A DNA stretch of 64,000 nt from an uncultured Christensenella sp. (GTDB lineage: Bacteria > Bacillota > Clostridia > Christensenellales > UBA1242), in assembly GCA_949300385.1 (NCBI GenBank), contig CASGDZ010000002.1, positions 42,989 through 106,988 on the forward strand, read 5' to 3'. The position numbers were made by a program, and so were the translations under genes. The notes beneath the pieces are model-generated. The model made no database searches, was not told where the DNA came from, and saw nothing but the letters and a program-made list of their open reading frames with translations. Below are positions 57,430-64,000 of the stretch, one piece after another; position 1 is the stretch's first letter; every line of letters starts with the position of its first letter.

Positions 57430-58134
57430 ATGTCAAAGTACGAAGAAAAACTCGCCGAAATAGTACGCGAAAAGATGAAAGATCAGTTAGATGCTACGGA
57501 TAAAAAAACCGAAGCCAATCTTTCTAATGACAAAATCAAATCCCAGCCAAGTCTTAAAACAAAATTAAAATCAAAGTCTATAGAATTAATGGAGCTAGAA
57601 GAGATTAACGAGCAAAATATAAAAAATTATAAAGCGAGAAATACTCGTAATAAAGCACTTATTGTTATATTGTCTGTCCTTTTGGCTATTTCTGTGGCTA
57701 CTATAGCGATATTACTAACTATGACATATTACCGGAACAATTCGTTCCTTTATATTCATGGTGGTGTAGACGCCGTATATTTAGTAGATGGTAAAGAGAC
57801 GGATAAATTTAGAACACCTAATGATGTACAGGGAAATAGATTGCTAGATATAGATATTGAAGTCAAGATGAAAGAAGCTGGCACTTTTAATATTAGATAT
57901 GTAATAGAAGTTTATCAAGGTGATACAAGAGTAGAAAATTTAGATGTACCAAATTTTGATAGTCGATTCATAAAGGGTACAAATGCAAGTTTTACAAGCG
58001 AAAGTGCCATAACTCTCAAATATAACGATACGATATTGCTTTGCAGTGGTATATTGTTTGACTCACAATATGAAGATAGTTTAAATATAGACAATTTCCG
58101 TATGGAGATACACATATATTTTGAAAGAGTTTAA
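57430..58134 (+). CDS. Single-pass (type II-like) membrane protein, candidate anchor or assembly factor of the operon
   Basis: I set the start at MSKYEEK, after AGGAGTG. It has a charged cytoplasmic N-terminus, one TM helix (ALIVILSVLLAISVATIAILLTM) and an extracellular domain of about 135 aa. Confidence 0.5.
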   Translation: MSKYEEKLAEIVREKMKDQLDATDKKTEANLSNDKIKSQPSLKTKLKSKSIELMELEEINEQNIKNYKARNTRNKALIVILSVLLAISVATIAILLTMTYYRNNSFLYIHGGVDAVYLVDGKETDKFRTPNDVQGNRLLDIDIEVKMKEAGTFNIRYVIEVYQGDTRVENLDVPNFDSRFIKGTNASFTSESAITLKYNDTILLCSGILFDSQYEDSLNIDNFRMEIHIYFERV

Positions 58135-58150
58135 TTTAAAACTCTTTTTT
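58123..58150 (+). terminator. Intrinsic terminator closing the 44243-58134 operon
   Basis: A 9-bp stem (aaagagttt / aaactcttt) includes the stop codon and is followed by a T-run. Confidence 0.55.
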
Positions 58151-58214
58151 CATGATAATAATTGCAATTTGTTGTTATAATTGATAAAATATATTAAAAT
58201 TTAACGGAGAGTAA

Positions 58215-58931
58215 ATGATAGAATTAAAAAATGTATCATATATAGTTGAAGATAAAGGAATTACAAAAAACATTATAGATAATGTTTCATATATTTTTAA
58301 AGACAATTGCATAACTGCTATCACTGGACATAATGGTAGCGGGAAATCAACATTGACTAAATTAATCATGGGTATTATTAAGCCGACAAGCGGGCAGATT
58401 ATTTTTGATGGGAAAGACATCACAAATATGTCAATTGACGAACGCGCGCGCTTAGGATTGAATTATGCTTTTCAACAGCCTATCACTTTTAAGGGCATTG
58501 AAGTTAAAGATCTTATAGACATTGCCTCTTCAGAGAAAAATTCTATCCCAAAAGCATGTGAATATCTTTCACGCGTCGGTATATGTGCGCGCGAATATAT
58601 TAATAGAGAATTCGATAACACATTGTCAGGCGGGGAACAGAAGAGAATAGAACTTGCGCTAACTTTAGCAAAGAAAGGTAAAGTTATAATATTTGACGAG
58701 CCAGAGGCAGGCATTGATTTGTGGAGTTTTGATAGACTGAGTGGAATTTTTTCTGATAAAATGTGCTACATAGTAGTTAGTCATCAAGAGCGACTTTTGT
58801 CGCGTGCAAACGAAATAGTTGTATTGGACGGCGGAAAGATTGTGAAATCGGGCAAACCTAAAGATATTTTAAAACAATTGTCTTTAGAACAATGTGGAAG
58901 AACCCGTGGAGGAAAAGATGAAATTAGATAA
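58215..58931 (+). CDS. sufC: SufC-like Fe-S cluster assembly ABC ATPase
   Basis: It has Walker A (GHNGSGKSTL), the ABC signature (LSGGEQKRIELA) and the SufC-like DERARLGLNYAFQQP motif. It is paired with a SufB/D-like gene. Confidence 0.75.
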   Translation: MIELKNVSYIVEDKGITKNIIDNVSYIFKDNCITAITGHNGSGKSTLTKLIMGIIKPTSGQIIFDGKDITNMSIDERARLGLNYAFQQPITFKGIEVKDLIDIASSEKNSIPKACEYLSRVGICAREYINREFDNTLSGGEQKRIELALTLAKKGKVIIFDEPEAGIDLWSFDRLSGIFSDKMCYIVVSHQERLLSRANEIVVLDGGKIVKSGKPKDILKQLSLEQCGRTRGGKDEIR

Positions 58932-59832
58932 TATAACTAAAAATTTACTGGCAGAAATCGCAGGACTTCACGAAATACCAAATGGCGCCATGTCGTTTAG
59001 ACTTAATGGAAAGGGAGAACTAGTTCGTTCTACTGCGCATATTGAAATATCTAAAAAATCCGACCTTCCAGGAATAGATGTTATCATACATTCAAGTTGT
59101 AAGAATGAGGCTTGCCATATACCTGTTGTTGTTAATGCAGACGATTTACACGATTTAGTCTATAACGACTTTTATGTCGAGCCGGGCGCAATTGTTACCA
59201 TTGTCGCAGGTTGTGGTGTTCACTCGAATGGGTCGGGAAGTCATGATGGTATTCATACATTTCACATTGGAGAAAATGCTTCTGTTACATACGTAGAAAA
59301 TCATTTGGCGATAGGCGAAGGTAAAAATAAAACAATGAATCCTAAGACCATTATTAAACTTGGTTGCGGGGCTACTATGACCATGAATACTAATCAAATT
59401 GGAGGTGTTGATTATTCTAATCGTGAAACTATAGCCACATTGCAAGAGGGCGCAACTCTCAATGTCAATGAGAAAATTTTAACGGATAGATTCAATGTTG
59501 CAAAAACAAATTTTAAAGTAGATTTGCGCGGGAAAGAAAGTAAATGCAACATAGTATCGAGAAGTGTTGCGCGCGGTGAGAGTGAACAAGTCTTTAAATC
59601 GAATTTAATAGGCAGAGATGATGTGTTCGGCCATGTAGAATGTGATGGAATAGTGCTAGAAAATGCACGGATAGATTCTGTACCTAAAGTAAGTGCACGC
59701 TCTAACCTTGCTAGTTTATCGCACGAAGCCGCAATAGGAAAAATTGCAAACGATCAAATTATAAAACTTATGACATTAGGACTAACTGAAAAGCAGGCGG
59801 AAGATAAAATAATTGAAGGATTTTTAAAATAA
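58918..59832 (+). CDS. SufB/SufD-family Fe-S assembly scaffold protein
   Basis: It has SufBD beta-helix-like sequence (FHIGENASVTYVENH ... SRSVARGESEQVFKSNL ... LSHEAAIGKI). I set the start at MKLDNIT, after GGAGGA. It overlaps the end of sufC. Confidence 0.7.
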   Translation: MKLDNITKNLLAEIAGLHEIPNGAMSFRLNGKGELVRSTAHIEISKKSDLPGIDVIIHSSCKNEACHIPVVVNADDLHDLVYNDFYVEPGAIVTIVAGCGVHSNGSGSHDGIHTFHIGENASVTYVENHLAIGEGKNKTMNPKTIIKLGCGATMTMNTNQIGGVDYSNRETIATLQEGATLNVNEKILTDRFNVAKTNFKVDLRGKESKCNIVSRSVARGESEQVFKSNLIGRDDVFGHVECDGIVLENARIDSVPKVSARSNLASLSHEAAIGKIANDQIIKLMTLGLTEKQAEDKIIEGFLK

Positions 59833-59841
59833 TAAAAAGTA

Positions 59842-59870
59842 TTGATTTTTTCTACTAACTAAATTATAAT
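59842..59870 (+). promoter_or_regulatory. Promoter placed for a leaderless small-gene transcript
   Basis: TTGATT (59842-59847), a 17-nt spacer, TATAAT (59865-59870), 7 nt, then ATG (59878). Confidence 0.45.
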
Positions 59871-59877
59871 AGGGCAC

Positions 59878-60114
59878 ATGATAGAGATAAAAGACATTGA
59901 AGGGTTTAAAAAGAATGCTAATAAAATCATTGAATATTTGGACAATGATCAAAATTTTTATGCGATAAGGAAGAAAGAACCTGATTTAATAAAATGGTTT
60001 GAAAGGTATGGAACATTAATAGGTTTTTATAATAAAGAATTAAATGAACTATTAGTTCAAATCTATTTAAAACGAAAAGTATTGAATGAAAAAGAGAAAT
60101 CTCTAGAAACTTAA
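59878..60114 (+). CDS. Hypothetical small protein (78 aa)
   Basis: An intact ORF with no motif I recognise. A hairpin terminator follows at 60207-60232. Confidence 0.4.
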   Translation: MIEIKDIEGFKKNANKIIEYLDNDQNFYAIRKKEPDLIKWFERYGTLIGFYNKELNELLVQIYLKRKVLNEKEKSLET

Positions 60115-60206
60115 ATTATAAATATTAGGTAATGATATAATTAAAATATGCAAACTAAAAATTATATTGTTTAGTGAAAATATTTAAGATATAAGTTAAA
60201 ATCAAC

Positions 60207-60232
60207 AAATATTCGCGAGTGCGAATATTTTT
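60207..60232 (+). terminator. Intrinsic terminator
   Basis: aaatattcgc / gcgaatattt stem with a GAGT loop, followed by a T-run. Confidence 0.55.
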
Positions 60233-60247
60233 CATATAGCATATTAG

Positions 60248-60276
60248 TTGACAAAATTTAGATTTTATGCAATAAT
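60248..60276 (+). promoter_or_regulatory. Sigma-A-type promoter for the gatCAB-aspS leader
   Basis: TTGACA (60248-60253), a 17-nt spacer and TG-n-AATAAT (-10 at 60271-60276). Confidence 0.55.
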
Positions 60277-60282
60277 AAAATC

Positions 60283-60321
60283 ATGTTGATATTGAATAAT
60301 AATGACAATAATTTAGATTAA
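60283..60321 (+). CDS. Candidate Asn/Asp-rich leader peptide MLILNNNDNNLD
   Basis: The ORF reads ATG TTG ATA TTG AAT AAT AAT GAC AAT AAT TTA GAT TAA. The ATG begins 7 nt after the -10 hexamer, which is the leaderless geometry. The stop codon abuts the alternative hairpins. Confidence 0.4.
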   Translation: MLILNNNDNNLD

Positions 60322-60331
60322 CACAAACTTT

Positions 60332-60383
60332 GTGTGTACCTTTTGCCATGATTTTCAAGGTGCACACCTTGAATTTTCTTTTT
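60332..60383 (+). terminator. Attenuator: antiterminator and terminator alternative hairpins upstream of gatC
   Basis: The antiterminator pairs 60332-60342 (gtgtgtacctt) with 60357-60367 (aaggtgcacac) over 11 bp including one G-U. The terminator pairs 60354-60361 (ttcaaggt) with 60366-60373 (accttgaa), has a 4-nt loop, and is followed by TTTTCTTTTT (60374-60383). The gatC SD comes next. Confidence 0.65.
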
Positions 60384-60394
60384 AAGGAGACATT

Positions 60395-60673
60395 ATGATA
60401 TCAAACGAAGAATTTAAACATTTAGCAGAACTTTCAAAACTCGAGTTTAGTGATGAAGAGCGCGATAAATTTATTAAAGATTTTAATTCGGTATTAGACT
60501 TCGCATCTCAGATAAACAGCGCAAAAGTTGAAAATAAATCTTTTATCAAATCTATTCCGCTTAAAGATTTGCGCGAAGATGTGGCGCAGTCAGGACTAAG
60601 TCAAGATGAAGTTGTTTCTAACGCGCCATTAAAAAAGAAAGGGTGCTTCGTAGTGCCTAGAATAATGGATTAG
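60395..60673 (+). CDS. gatC: Asp-tRNA(Asn)/Glu-tRNA(Gln) amidotransferase subunit C
   Basis: 92 aa with typical GatC sequence (FKHLAELSKLEFSDEERDKF ... LREDV). It is the first gene of gatCAB. Confidence 0.9.
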   Translation: MISNEEFKHLAELSKLEFSDEERDKFIKDFNSVLDFASQINSAKVENKSFIKSIPLKDLREDVAQSGLSQDEVVSNAPLKKKGCFVVPRIMD

Positions 60674-60680
60674 GTGACAT

Positions 60681-62096
60681 ATGGTAGAATTAGGTATAAA
60701 AGATATTAGAGAAAAAATACAAAAGGGTGAGATAACAAGCGAACAAATTACTCGTGAATATATCGAAAAAATTAAAAATAGTAAAATTAACGCCGTTTTA
60801 GAAATATTTTCAGACGCCATCGAACAGGCAAAGGAAATGGACGAACGAATCAAACAAGGATTTAATGGTTTACTAGCAGGTGTACCTATAATTATAAAAG
60901 ACAACATTTTAGTAAAGGGCAAACATGCTAGCGCAGGCTCATTATTCTTAAAAGATTATATCGCAGAGTACACTTCTACTGTGGCTGATAAATTAATTAA
61001 GGCGGGCGCAATAATATTGGCGCGTGCTAATATGGACGAATTCGCCATGGGTGGAAGCACAGAGACAAGTTATTATGGCAAGACTTTAAATCCACATGAT
61101 CACACAAGAGTGCCTGGCGGTTCTTCAGGCGGAAGTGCGGCCGCTGTAGCGGAAAATCTATGCGCAGGTGCACTCGGTACAGATACAGGAGGTTCAATTC
61201 GTCAACCTAGCGCATATTGTGGAACTATAGGTATGAAACCTACTTATGGAAGAGTTTCGCGTTATGGAGTAATAGCATTTGCGAGTTCATTAGATCAAGT
61301 TGGGCCTATTACTAAGAGTGTTGAAGATAATGCAATTTTGCTACAAGTTTTGGCGGGAGTTGATGAGCATGACGAAACTTGTGAAAAGCGCGAAGTTGAA
61401 GATTATACAACTTATTTAGGTAAAGACATTCGCGGTTTGAAAGTAGGCGTGATATCTTTTGTTGAAGATATTGTTCGTGGACTTGATGTTGAGAAAAATT
61501 ATAATGAGTTTAAAGACTTTTTAGTTAAAAATGGTGCCGAAATAGTACCTATTGATATTAAAAATTTGGAGTTGGTTCTCCCTGTCTATTATATAATTGC
61601 GCCAGCGGAAGCAACTAGCAATTTAGCGAGATTTGATGGTGTAAAATATTCAAGACGCTCAAAAGATGCAAAGAATTTGGAAGAAATCTATACAAAATCG
61701 CGCACAGAAGGATTTGGCAACGAAGTAAAGCGTAGAATAATGTTGGGAAATTATGTACTAAGTAGCGGATATTTTGATGCTTACTACAATAAGGCACGCG
61801 CTATACAGGCCGACCTTAGGGAAGAATATTTGCGCGCCTTTGATAATTGCGATGTTATTATTATGCCTACAGCAAAAGGGGAAGCATATAAATTGGGCGA
61901 GAAATCTAATCCTGTAGACGCATATAAGGAAGATATTTTCACCGTAAGTGCAAATATTGTTGGCGTGCCGTGTATGTCAGTACCTTTTGGGGTCGGTAAA
62001 GATGGTTTGCCTATAGGTATGCAAATTATTGCACCGCATTTTGAGGAAGGCAGATTATATCGTGTGGCTGACTTCATTGAAAGGAGGGCTAAATAA
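60681..62096 (+). CDS. gatA: Asp-tRNA(Asn)/Glu-tRNA(Gln) amidotransferase subunit A
   Basis: It has the amidase signature (GGSSGGSAAAVA, GTDTGGSIRQPS). Confidence 0.95.
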   Translation: MVELGIKDIREKIQKGEITSEQITREYIEKIKNSKINAVLEIFSDAIEQAKEMDERIKQGFNGLLAGVPIIIKDNILVKGKHASAGSLFLKDYIAEYTSTVADKLIKAGAIILARANMDEFAMGGSTETSYYGKTLNPHDHTRVPGGSSGGSAAAVAENLCAGALGTDTGGSIRQPSAYCGTIGMKPTYGRVSRYGVIAFASSLDQVGPITKSVEDNAILLQVLAGVDEHDETCEKREVEDYTTYLGKDIRGLKVGVISFVEDIVRGLDVEKNYNEFKDFLVKNGAEIVPIDIKNLELVLPVYYIIAPAEATSNLARFDGVKYSRRSKDAKNLEEIYTKSRTEGFGNEVKRRIMLGNYVLSSGYFDAYYNKARAIQADLREEYLRAFDNCDVIIMPTAKGEAYKLGEKSNPVDAYKEDIFTVSANIVGVPCMSVPFGVGKDGLPIGMQIIAPHFEEGRLYRVADFIERRAK

Positions 62097-63523
62097 TGGA
62101 ATACGATGTAGTTATAGGATTAGAGGTCCACGCTGAGTTAAAAACAAATAGTAAATGCTTCTGCGCATGTAAAAATGAAGCGGGAGATGAACCGAATACA
62201 AATTGTTGCCCAGTGTGTATTGGACTACCTGGAGCATTGCCTGTTCTTAATAAATTTGCTGTTGAACAGACTATCCGTGCGGGATTAGCATTAGGTTTTG
62301 AAATTAATCGAACAGCAATATTTGAAAGAAAGAATTACTTTTATCCTGACCTTGCTAAAGCATATCAAATTTCACAACTTGTTAAACCAATTTGTGTAAA
62401 CGGAAGTTTGCGTGTGGGAGATAAGGATATACCTATAAATAGAATTCATTTAGAAGAAGACGCAGGTAAACTTGTCCATAGCGCGGACGGGAATACGCTT
62501 GTAGATTATAATCGTGGTGGTGTACCACTTATCGAACTTGTTACAGACGCGCTAAAAGAACCACACATAGAAAGCGCAGATGAAGCAATAGAATTTCTAG
62601 AAAAATTGCGCCAAATTTATATCTATACAGGTGTTGCAGATTGCATTATTGAGAAAGGACAAATGCGCGCCGATGTCAATGTCTCATTGAAACCAAAGGG
62701 TAGTACAAAATACGGCACTAAGGTAGAGATGAAAAACATTATGGGATTCAAATCTGTTTATCGCGCTATTCAGTATGAAATTGAACGCCAGCGCGACATA
62801 TTAGATGACGGCGGAGTTATCGAGCAGGAAACTAGAAAATGGGACGACGACAAAGGTATTAATTTTACACTGCGAACAAAGGAAAATAGTCAAGATTATA
62901 GATATTTCCCTGATCCAGACTTGTTAGCGGTTAGTATAGATGAAGAAAAAATTAATGAGATTAAGAAATCTATGCCACCTCTTCCTAGTGAACTAAAATC
63001 AAAATATATGAATGAATACTTGCTTAGCGAATACGATTCAGATGTGTTGTTGCAATTTAAACATGTGAGCGACTTCTTCAATGAATGTGTAAAGATGTAT
63101 AATCAACCAAAGACAGTATGCAATTGGATAACAACAGAGATTATGGCGAGAATAAAGACAGAAACGGGCGCGGGTCCAATATTGATATCTAAAGATAATT
63201 TAGTATGGTTGATGAAAAATGTTGATAACAAGAAGATAAATCGTCTTAGTGCAAAAGATGTCCTTTCTAAGATTTGGGGGACAGAATTGAGTGCTGAGAG
63301 CGAAGCAAAGCGCTTAAATTTGATTATAGACATAGACACAAATGCACTCGATGAAATTGTAAATAAAGTAGTAGAGCAAAATCCGAGCGTTGTGGCACAA
63401 TTCAAGGCAGAAAATGACCCTAAGATATTAAACTATTTAGTAGGACAAGTTATGAAAGAAACGCGTGGGAAAGCCAATGCTGGCGATGTTATGTCTAAAA
63501 TTAAAGAGATAGTAAACTCTTAA
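62096..63523 (+). CDS. gatB: Asp-tRNA(Asn)/Glu-tRNA(Gln) amidotransferase subunit B
   Basis: It has the canonical GatB N-terminus (YDVVIGLEVHAELKTNSKCFC) and a C-terminal YqeY-like tail. Its ATG overlaps the gatA stop (TAATG). Confidence 0.95.
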   Translation: MEYDVVIGLEVHAELKTNSKCFCACKNEAGDEPNTNCCPVCIGLPGALPVLNKFAVEQTIRAGLALGFEINRTAIFERKNYFYPDLAKAYQISQLVKPICVNGSLRVGDKDIPINRIHLEEDAGKLVHSADGNTLVDYNRGGVPLIELVTDALKEPHIESADEAIEFLEKLRQIYIYTGVADCIIEKGQMRADVNVSLKPKGSTKYGTKVEMKNIMGFKSVYRAIQYEIERQRDILDDGGVIEQETRKWDDDKGINFTLRTKENSQDYRYFPDPDLLAVSIDEEKINEIKKSMPPLPSELKSKYMNEYLLSEYDSDVLLQFKHVSDFFNECVKMYNQPKTVCNWITTEIMARIKTETGAGPILISKDNLVWLMKNVDNKKINRLSAKDVLSKIWGTELSAESEAKRLNLIIDIDTNALDEIVNKVVEQNPSVVAQFKAENDPKILNYLVGQVMKETRGKANAGDVMSKIKEIVNS

Positions 63524-63617
63524 AAATAAATTTATTAAATATATAAAAAATATATCAAAAACCTTTAAATTTAAAATAAAAAATAATATAATAGAAAATA
63601 ATTGTTAGGAGAAAATT

Positions 63618-64000
63618 ATGTATAGAACAATGACTTGCGGACAAGTCGATGAGAATATGGTAGGTAAGACAATTGAACTTGCTGGTTGGGTCAACACAAT
63701 GCGTGACCATGGCGGAATTGTGTTTATTGATTTGCGTGATAAATATGGATTAGTGCAATTGACCACACATGACGATAGTTTGCTTACAAGCCTTACGCGC
63801 GAGAGCGTAATATCAGTTAAGGGAAAAGTTGTTATGCGTGATGAGTATAACTTCAACCCTAAGATGAAGTCAGGTAAAATTGAAGTTGAGATTGAAGAAT
63901 TAAAAGTATTGTCAAAGGCGCGCAACATCTTGCCGTTTGAAGTAGAAGACAGCATGAAGGTGAGCGAAGAATTGCGCTTAAAATATAGATATCTTGACTT
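63618..64000 (+). CDS. aspS: Aspartate--tRNA ligase, 5' part (runs off the window)
   Basis: This gene is not in the ORF track because no stop codon falls in the window. My manual translation is MYRTMTCGQVDENMVGKTIELAGWVNTMRDHGGIVFIDLRDKYGLVQ..., a typical AspRS OB-fold N-terminus. SD AGGAGA lies upstream. Confidence 0.9.
   Translation, partial: MYRTMTCGQVDENMVGKTIELAGWVNTMRDHGGIVFIDLRDKYGLVQLTTHDDSLLTSLTRESVISVKGKVVMRDEYNFNPKMKSGKIEVEIEELKVLSKARNILPFEVEDSMKVSEELRLKYRYLD

Noticed and set aside
63605-63955. A 116-aa minus-strand ORF at the window end.
   Set aside because: It is antisense to the clearly recognisable N-terminus of aspS (GWVNTMRDHGGIVFIDLRDKYG).
1-64000. An alternative genetic code, such as UGA=Trp or stop-codon reassignment, given the extreme AT content.
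   Set aside because: All conserved housekeeping ORFs, and the 8.8-kb ORF, are intact under the standard code. Trp positions in conserved motifs are encoded by TGG, and the stop codons I inspected directly (for example pheS, rplA, gatA, sipW) are TAA.

Overview
This is a very AT-rich chromosomal segment from what looks like a spore-forming, low-GC Firmicute (Clostridia-like). The evidence for that is spoIIE, a gerA-type germinant receptor operon, a T-box-controlled pheST, and Bacillus-type dnaB/dnaI. Most of the window is housekeeping. Confident calls are a P-type ATPase, pheS/pheT, tilS, rmuC, rpmG-secE-nusG-rplK-rplA, dut, an M1 peptidase, cysS, sufC/sufB-like genes, and gatC-gatA-gatB followed by the start of aspS. 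I found no rRNA, tRNA, CRISPR array, transposase or integrase. Five things go beyond ordinary annotation. (1) A tightly packed operon of about 13.9 kb (44243-58134) encodes a 2935-aa lipoprotein, a SipW-type signal peptidase, an 800-aa secreted protein, two TasA/camelysin-like proteins with SipW-cognate signal peptides, and a single-pass membrane protein. It reads as an expanded, uncharacterised relative of the tapA-sipW-tasA fibre system. (2) A candidate ribosome-mediated attenuator lies upstream of gatCAB-aspS. It has a promoter, an apparently leaderless 12-codon ORF (MLILNNNDNNLD, 5 Asn and 2 Asp), and mutually exclusive antiterminator and terminator hairpins. (3) About ten SD-less genes have a -10 hexamer 5-7 nt upstream of the ATG, which suggests frequent leaderless mRNAs. 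(4) The 3' end of pheS is tandemly duplicated, with an adjoining hairpin, in the pheS-pheT spacer. (5) Several proteins look like pseudo-enzymes or variant enzymes: a DAC-fold protein with RKR for RHR, a transglutaminase-like core with Ser for the catalytic Cys inside a 1495-aa lipoprotein, and a degenerate macro-domain protein. All functional calls come from motifs I recognised by eye. No database search was run.
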